Assembly: GCA_950097015.1 (NCBI GenBank)
Contig: CATNEN010000039.1
Coordinates: 18,848,001 to 18,912,000 of the forward strand
Reading direction: 5' to 3'
Source of the DNA: Macrostomum hystrix
Lineage: Eukaryota; Animalia; Platyhelminthes
Length of the DNA: 64,000 bases
Shown: one piece after another, positions 54,804 to 64,000 of the stretch
How the letters are laid out: the number at the start of each line of letters is the position of its first letter
Position numbering within the stretch: the first letter of the stretch is position 1
The notes under the pieces: model-generated
The model's database searches: none
Told to the model about the DNA's origin: nothing
Seen by the model: the letters and a program-made list of their open reading frames with translations, nothing else
Position numbers and translations under genes: made by a program

Positions 54804-57800
54804 GGGAGACTGAGGAGTCAGCTGGAGGAGAGGGTAGGGGCTCTCCTAGCACCAGCTTCCTCGAGCGTTGGTATGCCTCCAACGCTGACCCCTATGTGAC
54901 GGCGATGGTTTCCAAGAAGACGGTGCCTTTTCTCCTAGACTCAGGGAGCAGGCGCTGTCTGATTGGAAGTGAGACGTGGGCATCTCTGCGGCATGTAGTG
55001 CCGCACGCTGTGCTGACAGGAGAGAGTGCCCTGTGCAACTTTGATGGTTCTCGATTGCCGGTTTTAGGGCGAGTCGCCTTTGAGGTCAGGCTCGGCGACT
55101 ACGCTGTAGACGTCGAGTTCTGCGTGACGAAAGGCGAGCACGAGAACATCCTAGGAATCGATTTCATGCGCCAGCACACCCAGAAGATTGACTTTCCGAA
55201 GGGGATGCTGACCATGAAGTCAGGAACCAGAGTGCCGCTGAGGTTCACGAGGCGAGAGGCGAGGGCCAGTCGGGTTTACTCACTCGAGCAGACCACTGTG
55301 CCAGCGCGCTCTTCGATGCTCGTAGCGGTGAAGCTAGCGGGTGGCCGGACTGACTGTCACGGCACGCCGCTGCTTGTTGAGTCCTTGAGGTCAGGACTGA
55401 AGCCAGGGGCGTCTCAGGTCGAGATGGCCCCGACATTGCTGACGATGGCTGACGGGACAGGGTGTGTTGAAGTCATCAATACCTCTTGCTTCCCGGCGGT
55501 TATTCGACGCAATGGTCTTGTAGGGCTAGCGAGGCCACTGAAGGCCGACGAACTGGAATACCTACCAGAGCTAGAGGAGACGCCGGTCAGGCAGGTTCAG
55601 GCAGAAGGGCTGGAGAGCGATGAGGCATGGCTAGAGGAGGTGGAGATTTGTGAGAGGTTGACCGAGGAGCAGAGGCATCGGGTTAAGGAGATGTTGAGAG
55701 AGTGCCGCGAGGCATTCGCAATGCATCCCCTGGACCATGGTGTCACTGACTTAGTCACTCATGAGATCATTGTGACAGATCCCACTCCAGTTCGCATTCC
55801 ACCGAGGAGGATCCCGCCTCACTTGATGGAACAGTTGGACAAGATGCTGGATGAGATGTTGGCGAAAGGCATCATCAAGCCGACATTCTCCAGCTACAAC
55901 ACGCCTCTCCTGATTGTCCCTAAGAAAGACAAGACTATCAGGATTGTCTTAGACTATCGCGAGTTGAATAGCCGCTGCCTGAAGCACGTCTATCCGCTGC
56001 CAGACATTCAGCAGACCTTTGAGCATTTGAGAGGGGCGCAGTACTATTCCGCCCTCGATCTTGCACAAGGTTTCTGGCAGATCCCGCTGAGAGAGCAGGA
56101 TAGACACCTGACCGCGTTCTCGGTTCACCACAGAGGTCAGTTTGAGTTTACTGTGTTGCCGATGGGCATGACGGATTCGGCAGGGTCTTTTCAGCGCTGT
56201 ATCAACAAGCTGCTGGAGGGGCTGACGCCAAAGGTAGCGTTGGGGTATATCGATGATATACTCGTCCACTCGCCTACCTTTGACGACCATTTGGAGCATC
56301 TGAGGATGATGCTGACGCGAATCCGTGAAGCCCAGTTCAAGCTGAAGCCGAAGAAGTGCCACCTGTTCAAGAGGGAGCTGCACTACTTAGGCCATGTGGT
56401 GACACCAGAAGGCATCCTGACGAACGAGGATAAGATCGCCGAGCTCAGAGGCTGGCCGACACCTCGAAGCGCCAAAGAATTGCGCAGCTTCTTGGGGTTG
56501 GCACAGTACTACAAGAAGTTCGTCCGCAATTACTCAGGGATTGCAGCACCATTGCACGAGCTCACTAAGCGGGACGTTACCAGCTTGAAGGGTCTGTGGA
56601 AGACAGAGCATGAGAGAGCCTTTCAGGGATTGAAGGATGCGTTGTGCTCAACGGAGGTACTGGCGTACCCGGAGTACACCTCTGACCCGAAGGTGACTTT
56701 CGTCCTGGACACAGATGCCTCTGATGACCGCATAGGGGCTTGTTTGAATCAGCTGCAGTCTGATGGAGTAGAAAGGCCTGTTGGCTACTACAGCCGGAAG
56801 CTGCGAGGGCCGGAGACCCGCTACACTACGACCCGCAAAGAATTGCTGGCAGTCGTAGATGCGATGCGGCATTTCCGGTACTTCCTGGTTGGCAAGAAGT
56901 TTGTTGTCCGGTCCGATCACAAGGCCCTGTTGTGGCTCATGCATCAGACCGAGGCGACAGGCATCTTAGGCCGTTGGGTTGAGAGAATGAGTGAGTTTGA
57001 CTTCACCATTGTTCATCGTCCTGGAAAGTCTCACCAAAATGCTGACTCGATGTCGAGAAAGCCGGATAGCCCGGTGAATTGTTCTTTTGGGGTGGTGACA
57101 CCCCACAACCAGTTCGGTGCGAGTGCTTGCACCCGCCAATTTTCGAGTCAGCTGGAGGAGGGACAGGAAAGGGACAATAAACAGGTTGAAGTCAACGAAG
57201 TCGCAGAGCCACTGCGAGCTGTGAAACCCAAGGCTCAAGGTGTCATTGACGGCCGACCAGGATGGGAAGCAGCTGTGTCTGAAGGACTGGTGGAAGAGCC
57301 GGTCCTGGAGCCTGTCGAGGTGCGCCAAGATAAGGCGGTGCTGCAAGGGTGTCAGGAAGACACGACCGCAGGCCAGCCTGTGAGGCGGGAAGCACCTGTC
57401 AACGGGGCCCCGCAGTCAGCTCGTTGCAGCCAGTTCTGCCTGCAGACTGTGGACGCCGCCGTGCAGACGGTAGCTACTGAAGGTAGCTGGAGCCAGGGAG
57501 CCACAAGGGAGGAGCACTGGGTGCGGGGCTGTGATGCCAAGGCACAGGTGCAAACTCAGGTGGTGGCGGAAGGCTCAGAGGTGAAGGAGAAGGTGCCCGC
57601 TCGTTGCAGCCAGTCCTGCCTGCAGGCGCCAGATCCGGAACCTCTGGTGTGTCCGGAGACAGAGGAGGAGGTGTCCGCTCGTTGCAGCCAGTCCTGCCTG
57701 CAGACGCCAAACCCTGCTGTCGAGGAGTTCTCAGAAACAGGGGAGAAGTCGCTGGCTCGTTGCAGCCAGTCCTGCCTGCGAGCGACTGATCCCGCTGTGT

Positions 57801-59854
57801 CAAGGTCCTCGGGTCAGGAAGATCAGCAGTTAGCTCGTTGCAGCCAGTCCTGCCTGCCGACTGTTGGTCTCTCCGTGGGACAGGGAGCAGAGGTGGAGGG
57901 GAGTTGTCAGACTCGTTGCGACCAGTCTCGCCTGTCAAGGACACCCCCTGCTGCCAGGGCTCCTGGGTCCAAGGACAAGGAGGACAAGGACATTGGAGAG
58001 CTGCCTCCGGTAAGAGCAGTGGTGACAGAGTTCCTGAGGGTGCCGGTTAGCCAGGTCGAGTTGCTAGAAGCTCAGCACCAAGATCCGGCAATCCGATACC
58101 TGACGGAACTGAAGCTGTCAGGAAAGGACAAGCCCAGGTTCGATCAGCGACTCCAGATGCCGAAAGAGGTCAGAGACCTCCTGGGTGCATTTGAGGAGCT
58201 GGAGGTGCGCGACGGGTTGCTGGTCATAGACTTTGATGACAACCGGCCGCCGCGACCGGTGCTACCGAAAGCATTAGACTCGCGCGTCTTTGAGGCCTTG
58301 CATGATTCGCCCTTGGCGGGTCATCTTGGCCAGTCCAAGACGGTGCAGAGAGTGAGAGACAGGTTCTGGAGACCCGGTCTCTGGTCGGAGGCGACGGGGT
58401 ACGTGGCACGTTGCAGGACATGCCTGGAGAGCAAGACAAGGCGGAAGGAGATAGTCCCACCGCAGAGCTATCCAGTGTGTGAGGTTTTGGGAAGGGTGCA
58501 CGCCGACGTAATCGGGCCTTTGTCTCAACCAAGTGCCCGAGGACATCGGTACATCCTCACCCTGTGTGATGCAACATCGAAGTACCCGTTTGCCTACCCG
58601 ATGCGAAACCAGAAGACGAAAACCATGATCAAACTGCTGCTGGATAGGTTCATTCCCGAGTACGGTGCACCAGCCTGGCTGCACACGGACCAGGGGACGA
58701 ACTTCATGAGTGCAGAGTTTGAGGACTTCTGCAAGCTGTATGGCATCCGCCATACGCACACGTGTCCCTATAACCCGGCCAGCAATGGCCAGGTCGAAAA
58801 CCTGAATCGCCAAATCAAGTCAGTGCTCACGTGCTTGTTGGAAAAAGATCACAAGGATTGGGACCTGATGCTGCCCGCGTGCTTAATCGCGTTGCGCACC
58901 AGTGTCCACCCTGTGACCGGGTACACGCCGTACTTCCTGGTCTTCGGACGGGAGTACCGGCTGCCCGTAGACAACACGTTGACTGCGCTGGCCGAATACG
59001 CAGACCTGCCAGATTATCTCCGACATTTCCAGGAGCGCATAGACCAGGCGGTCAATTGTGCCCGGGACAAGCTCGAGAGGTACCAGGTGCTGCGAGAAGA
59101 ACACTACCAAGAAAGACCGCAGGCGAGACCACTCCGCCCAGGCCAGCTGGTCCTGCTCAACAACCCGGTGATCGAATCCGGCGAGATCAGCAAATTCCAT
59201 CGGCCTAGACAATCGGTCTACGTAGTGCTCGAGTGTAAGGGCGAAACGGTGTACAAGATCAGGCGACACGGCAACACCAGGAAGGCCAGGAAGCAGGTGC
59301 TGGTAGTCCACCGGCGCAACCTGCTCCCGGTACCGGCCTCAATATGCGACAGGACGGAAGAGGCGAACCCGGCACGGCGGAAGCTCGGAAGGCCACCCAA
59401 GGGTAGCCCTCCAGTAGCTGACGCGGCCGGTGAGCCTGCCGACAGCGACGACGACGACGACGACGACGACGAGATCGGCCTGTGGAGCGCTCGAAGGTGG
59501 CACCTGCGACCACGAGTTGTTTCCAAGCCGAATCTCCACGAACCGGCCGGTCCAGAGATCTGCAACGGAGAAGAGGCGGGGGAGGCGTATGGTGATGTGG
59601 TTGTCCTGCCGTCGGACAGTCCGTTGCCCTCTCCAACCCTGTCCCCTATCCCATCCTCTGTGCACGGGGAAGTTGCAGAAAGTGTTAGGGCCGAAGATGT
59701 AGGTGAGGCTGCTCAGGTAGGTGGAGCTAGGGATCAGGAGCCGCAGCAGAGGCCGCAAAGAGTTAGGCGAGAGCCGGAAAGGCTGCAGGTCGATCCTAGC
59801 AGGAAATCCTATTTCATCAGAGCAATGTATGGCCTACCTACGATGTTTCAGTGA
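54740..59854 (+). CDS. pol: Pol polyprotein (protease, RT, RNase H, repeat tether, integrase), uninterrupted
   Basis: LLDSGS protease; LDLAQGFWQI, LPMG and YIDDIL for RT; LDTDAS, ELLAVV and SDHKAL for RNase H; H-x6-H...CxxC plus D,D35E integrase. Confidence 0.96.
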   Translation, partial: KRDGEEHGRQCPSQSSSWTGLRETEESAGGEGRGSPSTSFLERWYASNADPYVTAMVSKKTVPFLLDSGSRRCLIGSETWASLRHVVPHAVLTGESALCNFDGSRLPVLGRVAFEVRLGDYAVDVEFCVTKGEHENILGIDFMRQHTQKIDFPKGMLTMKSGTRVPLRFTRREARASRVYSLEQTTVPARSSMLVAVKLAGGRTDCHGTPLLVESLRSGLKPGASQVEMAPTLLTMADGTGCVEVINTSCFPAVIRRNGLVGLARPLKADELEYLPELEETPVRQVQAEGLESDEAWLEEVEICERLTEEQRHRVKEMLRECREAFAMHPLDHGVTDLVTHEIIVTDPTPVRIPPRRIPPHLMEQLDKMLDEMLAKGIIKPTFSSYNTPLLIVPKKDKTIRIVLDYRELNSRCLKHVYPLPDIQQTFEHLRGAQYYSALDLAQGFWQIPLREQDRHLTAFSVHHRGQFEFTVLPMGMTDSAGSFQRCINKLLEGLTPKVALGYIDDILVHSPTFDDHLEHLRMMLTRIREAQFKLKPKKCHLFKRELHYLGHVVTPEGILTNEDKIAELRGWPTPRSAKELRSFLGLAQYYKKFVRNYSGIAAPLHELTKRDVTSLKGLWKTEHERAFQGLKDALCSTEVLAYPEYTSDPKVTFVLDTDASDDRIGACLNQLQSDGVERPVGYYSRKLRGPETRYTTTRKELLAVVDAMRHFRYFLVGKKFVVRSDHKALLWLMHQTEATGILGRWVERMSEFDFTIVHRPGKSHQNADSMSRKPDSPVNCSFGVVTPHNQFGASACTRQFSSQLEEGQERDNKQVEVNEVAEPLRAVKPKAQGVIDGRPGWEAAVSEGLVEEPVLEPVEVRQDKAVLQGCQEDTTAGQPVRREAPVNGAPQSARCSQFCLQTVDAAVQTVATEGSWSQGATREEHWVRGCDAKAQVQTQVVAEGSEVKEKVPARCSQSCLQAPDPEPLVCPETEEEVSARCSQSCLQTPNPAVEEFSETGEKSLARCSQSCLRATDPAVSRSSGQEDQQLARCSQSCLPTVGLSVGQGAEVEGSCQTRCDQSRLSRTPPAARAPGSKDKEDKDIGELPPVRAVVTEFLRVPVSQVELLEAQHQDPAIRYLTELKLSGKDKPRFDQRLQMPKEVRDLLGAFEELEVRDGLLVIDFDDNRPPRPVLPKALDSRVFEALHDSPLAGHLGQSKTVQRVRDRFWRPGLWSEATGYVARCRTCLESKTRRKEIVPPQSYPVCEVLGRVHADVIGPLSQPSARGHRYILTLCDATSKYPFAYPMRNQKTKTMIKLLLDRFIPEYGAPAWLHTDQGTNFMSAEFEDFCKLYGIRHTHTCPYNPASNGQVENLNRQIKSVLTCLLEKDHKDWDLMLPACLIALRTSVHPVTGYTPYFLVFGREYRLPVDNTLTALAEYADLPDYLRHFQERIDQAVNCARDKLERYQVLREEHYQERPQARPLRPGQLVLLNNPVIESGEISKFHRPRQSVYVVLECKGETVYKIRRHGNTRKARKQVLVVHRRNLLPVPASICDRTEEANPARRKLGRPPKGSPPVADAAGEPADSDDDDDDDDEIGLWSARRWHLRPRVVSKPNLHEPAGPEICNGEEAGEAYGDVVVLPSDSPLPSPTLSPIPSSVHGEVAESVRAEDVGEAAQVGGARDQEPQQRPQRVRREPERLQVDPSRKSYFIRAMYGLPTMFQ

Positions 59855-59930
59855 TCTCCTGTCCGAATCTGCTCGGAGAAGACGCCTCAGAGAGATAGAA
59901 TAAGAAGTAGCGAAAGCAAAAAGAGAAAAG

Positions 59931-60836
59931 ATGGAGAACAAAGAAAATGATGCGCCAGAAGGAAGACAGCCGACGCGTCCCCGCCTGATGGGCAGCGTCC
60001 GCAGAGTGGGTGCGCCGTTAGAGGTAAGAATAGAGATTTTAAGGGGTCAATTTGGCAGAGGTGCGCCCTTTCCACTGGGTCAGCGCCCGCCGGATTGGCA
60101 CAAAAAGTTCATGCCCTCACTCCCCCGTTCGCAGCAGTTACTCAAGCGACCGGCTAGTGAGGCAGGAAATGCGCCACCCAAAAAGAAATGTAAAGCGGTG
60201 CAAGTGGCTCCTACCACGACAGAGGCCAGCGTCCAGGTACGGAGGCCTGTCTCTAGCTCCAGCAGTAGTGGGTCAAACGAGGCCCAGGTTGACCCACAAG
60301 AAGATCTGTGGGCAGCGCTACTAGAGGGCATGCCCTCAGAAGATGAAGGGTTATCCGACCCGGATTCGCCTGAGGAGTTGCCAGTAGCCGAAGGGCCAGC
60401 AGCACCGCCACCACAGCTATGGCTGCCACCCCAGGCCTCAACCTCTAGTGATAGCCAAGGGGAGGCGGAGGCAGGTGTCAGGCCGAGAAGACGGCGGGGC
60501 GGCGCCCAACGCCGAAGGCAGCGACGGGCACAGTGGGGTCTGCGGACACCAGCTCGGCAGCACGCTGTCTTCGAGGTAGCACAGGCTTTGGCGAGGGCGG
60601 CACGAGGCGAACAGGACTACGGGTGGCCGGCAGAGGTCCACCAAGCCTTCGCCAGTGAAGACAAGGCCACACGCAGAGAGATGGCCCACGAAGCGGCAGC
60701 CAGGGCCGAAGTATTGGTCGGCGGACCGGCGATGGCGCCGCACTTGCTACTAGCACGCTTCGGGCAAGTGGCGATCGAACTAGTGGAAGAATGGTGGCTG
60801 CCAGAAGCCCTGATGAGGATGGCCCAAGCTCCGTGA
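59931..60836 (+). CDS. Retrotransposon ORF3, 301 aa, unknown function, not env-like
   Basis: ATG-initiated, GC-rich open frame between pol and the 3' UTR. It has a bipartite NLS-like segment, acidic and Arg-rich tracts, and no signal peptide or TM segment. Confidence 0.7.
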   Translation: MENKENDAPEGRQPTRPRLMGSVRRVGAPLEVRIEILRGQFGRGAPFPLGQRPPDWHKKFMPSLPRSQQLLKRPASEAGNAPPKKKCKAVQVAPTTTEASVQVRRPVSSSSSSGSNEAQVDPQEDLWAALLEGMPSEDEGLSDPDSPEELPVAEGPAAPPPQLWLPPQASTSSDSQGEAEAGVRPRRRRGGAQRRRQRRAQWGLRTPARQHAVFEVAQALARAARGEQDYGWPAEVHQAFASEDKATRREMAHEAAARAEVLVGGPAMAPHLLLARFGQVAIELVEEWWLPEALMRMAQAP

Positions 60837-61929
60837 ACCAAATTCGGGCGACCTGACCTGTGGGTTTGATATTTTATCCAGGTTATAAGACAAGAGCATC
60901 ATTGTTATCCAGATCATGGATCTCGTTGAAGTAGTGAAAACACAATCTACTGTTTGTTATGCGATTCCTTATTGCCAGCTGTTTTTTATTTTCTGCTCAA
61001 GTGCTCATGTCTTAGCTGCAAGGTTGTTTGTACACTGGTGCGCATGGTAACTTCTTTTTTGTGCGCCTTCGCGACATTGTGACAAGATTTCGGTGTTATG
61101 TGTGCTCCACTTTGTAGCTACTATGCTGGTTATTAGTTATAGTTGTTTCTTTTAATTTGGTGCGCCATGATGGATGGAATAAATATAAAGTGCTTACCTG
61201 ATTTTGGTTTAAGTGCGGCTGACGGCCAGCCGGTGTTGACCGTCATCCTTTAGCTGGAGGAGAATGATGTGCTGTAGACTGCTGAGCAGCCTCCAGGCAA
61301 TCTGTGAGTCAGGCTGTTCTAGGTCTGTGGGAGGGCTAGGGTTGGTAGTTAGTGTTTCCCGTGCACTGTCACTTCCGCTCGCCACCCCCCTCCTCTCGCG
61401 TTCTCTCGTTCCAGCTCTGTCTGCGCACTGAGTCACATTGCACACCATGGTGCAATCGCTTAAGTTCGGAAGAAGACTGGCATAACAACGCTCAAATGCT
61501 CCTACTATAAGTAGAGCACAGTCCGACGAATCCTTGAGATGGTGTTGTTATCATGGTAGCACGACTTCTGTACGAATATGCACGTTTCTTGTCTCCAGTC
61601 TTCATGCCGCTCGGAACAGTTTGTGATTACTTTCTGTGTCCATTCTTTTGGCTCTCTAAAGATCTTAGACGATTCTTGTTGGTCTAGGTCACACACTGCA
61701 TTTAGAAGCTTGGTGTGTCACCCGATCTAGCATAAGATCTGTGAGTTTAGCTAGAACGTGGACTAGGTAGAAGAAGTCCCGAGAGAACTTAGCTGTCTAA
61801 GCCTGACTACCGGATTGTTCCTCTGCTAGGAAGCATCTGAGTGTGAGGCCGGATACTCTCTCTCTCGGAATCTAGTTCCTGTCTTGGTTATTTGCCAATT
61901 GTGTGTGCCACGCTACCACAGGTACAACA

Positions 61930-62445
61930 ATAATATAATAGAATAAGAATAGAATAGAATGTAATAGAATAGAATAGAGTAGAATAGAAAAGAATAGAAT
62001 AGAATATAATAGATTAGAATAGAATAGAAATAGAAATAGAAAAGACTAGAATGGAATAGAATAGAATAGAATGGGATTGAATATAATATAATAGAATAGA
62101 ATAGAATAGAATCGAATAGAATAGAATAGAATGGAATAGAATGTAATATAATATAATAGGCTAGAATAGAGTAGAATAGAAAATAAAAGAAATTAATAGA
62201 ATAGAAATAGAATAGAATAGAATAGAATCGAATCGAATAGAATATAATAGAATAGAATAGAATAGAATAGAATCGAATAGAATAGAATAGAATGGAATAG
62301 AATAGAATAGAATGGAATAGAATGTAATATAATATAGTAGGCTAGAATAGAATAGAATAGAAATAGAATAGACTAGAATGGAATGGAATAGAATATAATA
62401 GAATAGAATAGAACAGAACAGAATATAATAGAATACAATAGATTA
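61930..62445. repeat. (AATAG)n microsatellite, right part
   Basis: About 500 bp of pentamer repeat. Confidence 0.95.
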
Positions 62446-63261
62446 ATCGAAGTGCGTTGAAGCAGTAACGTCAACTTCAGCTACTTTAAGTAGAAACAAA
62501 TTATTTTTAGAAAGAAAACCTAAAAAATAAATCTTGCCTAAGTAGGGCTTGCTTAACTGACAAATTTCATCGGTCGATTGCTAAATTTATTGCTAATAAC
62601 TCGATTGCTAAGTCTGCTTGACGCTTGACTACACCTGCACCTTCAGTTTGGTTTGCATGTCTTGCCCGATAGAGACTCTGTTTATTTCGTTTCTCCAAGC
62701 CCCATAACAACAGGAATGGTTCATAAACCTCTGCCCCACCTTGCCACTTAAAGGGGCTTAAGGAGGCAAGACTTTAGCTAAACAGAGCTGATATTAGCTG
62801 AAAAATTAAAGTGCTCTCTACTCGCCGTCTTATTCAAGCTTCTCAACTATCAGCTATCGGCACTGAGCATAGCGATGAGAAATGAGCTACCGCTCAACCT
62901 GAAGTCTGACTTGTAAACTTTCCATTGCAGCTCTCTGCGCTCAGCAACCAACTCCCTCTTGTGCATGCCGTCCCCGAAAATCTACCTGTTCATTTAACTC
63001 TCTCTCCCTTTTCTTTCTACCATCTTAGGCTCATGGCGAATGAACACTTAAGAATGCTTAAGCGATGGGGTGGTGGCAGCCTAAACTATTGGCGTCATGG
63101 TTTCCAAGGCTTCCAAGGCGGTGGAAGGGAAAGACAGACAGAGGCTGAGACTGAGACTGATGTTTTTTGGCAGTATTAACAAACGATATTTGAGTTTGAG
63201 CAGACGTTAAGCAAGACCAGCTCAAACAAAGATTGATCTTTTGGGTGGCCAAGCAGAGAAC

Positions 63262-63851
63262 ATGGCCTCGGCAGCCTTTGACTACACGGTGCGGTCGACG
63301 CACAACAGCCTGCTAGAGACCTGCGACCCCCAGCGATACCAGCTCACCCAGCCGGTCTGCCAGCACCTGTCAGCCGTGGACAATGGGCTGCGGCATATGA
63401 AGCTGGACAATCATTTCTTGGAGCGTTCGCAGCTCTGGCGCCAGCGGGTGCCATGCGCCGAGGTCGCCGAGCATCGCGAGCGCAGCACGGACGCATTGCA
63501 GCGCGGCGAAGCCTTCCTACGGGACTACCGCGCCGCAATGTCGAAGGACTTCGCGTCCACCCTCACCGAGGGCCAGTCGGCTGCTAATCAATCGGCAGCT
63601 CTAGACGGCCTGCGTGGCTTCCGTCGCGAGTTCGATCCTAACGCCATGGTTGCGCACGATCGGGTGCAGCGTTTCTGCGACTGGGTCGGAGTGACCGACC
63701 GTTTCACCGGCTACCGGAACAACCTGACCCGGGGCTCCCGCGAGCCGTTGCGCTTCAATCCTCAGTGGCGTCGAGGTGACCCGGACCTGCCGAGTCTCAG
63801 CCACGCCAAGTTTGTCCCGGAAACTCTGGCAAACTGCGGGCCACCTCAGAG
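63262..63851 (+). CDS. First coding exon of an unidentified protein (MASAAFDYTVRSTHNSLLE...)
   Basis: AACATGG start context, GC3-rich codon usage, and a donor AG|GTGAGA at the end. No family recognised. Confidence 0.65.
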
Positions 63852-63914
63852 GTGAGATGAGGGAGTAGTAAGCAGTGATTGAGCCATGTATTTAGGACAA
63901 GGCTGAATAGAATG

Positions 63915-64000
63915 CAGGGGTCGGCAAACTCCGGCCCGCGGGCCAGATGCGGCCCTCACAGCTCCGAAATCCGGCCCGTTGCCCCTTCCGACACCTAAAA
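63915..64000 (+). mobile_element. hAT (Charlie/MER58-like) MITE left end, cut by the window edge
   Basis: CAGGGGTCGGCAAACTCCGGCCCGCGGGCCAGATGCGGCCC is the typical terminus of this group. Confidence 0.8.

Larger units (their letters stand above)
52787..61929 (+). mobile_element. Intact Ty3/Gypsy LTR retrotransposon, 9143 bp
   Basis: 665-bp TG..CA LTRs (52787-53451, 61265-61929) that look identical by eye; 4-bp TSD ATAA; PBS TGGTGGCAAAGCGGTG at 53453 (tRNA-Leu-like); PPT GGAGGAGAA before the 3' LTR; domain order PR-RT-RH-IN. Confidence 0.97.

Noticed and set aside
59931-60836. ORF3 as an envelope gene
   Set aside because: It lacks a signal peptide, fusion peptide and transmembrane anchor.

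Overview
Eukaryotic (metazoan) genomic DNA with GT-AG introns and abundant minisatellites. Composition and repeat style resemble a free-living flatworm such as Macrostomum; this is inference only. Host genes: a BolA-family gene (5' part, -); an intronless NDUFA13/GRIM-19 (-); a fibrinogen-domain gene fragment carrying an in-frame stop and a SINE insertion (-); a 15-exon Delta-type Notch ligand (signal peptide-MNNL-DSL-13 EGF-TM-long tail, +, 10104-21958); a Sevenless/ROS1-type receptor tyrosine kinase facing it tail-to-tail (-, about 23036-50412); and the first exon of an unknown gene at the right end. Mobile DNA: a truncated Penelope-like element with a minimal hammerhead ribozyme, a deleted IS630/Tc1-like element, a solo LTR, a long-TIR DD34D mariner, about 10 copies of a tRNA-derived SINE, a second SINE family, a Gypsy pol relic, a probable small Helitron, a hAT MITE end, and an intact young Ty3/Gypsy element with an extra non-env ORF inserted in an (AATAG)n tract. 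The best leads are: (1) a DSL ligand whose cytoplasmic tail reads like a phosphotyrosine docking scaffold, sitting next to an RTK; (2) a solo LTR inside that gene packed with AP-1, CArG, MEF2, Grainyhead and Fox sites; (3) chimeric EGF exons made by recent in-frame duplication; (4) the Gypsy accessory ORF3 and the Cys-repeat tether in its Pol.
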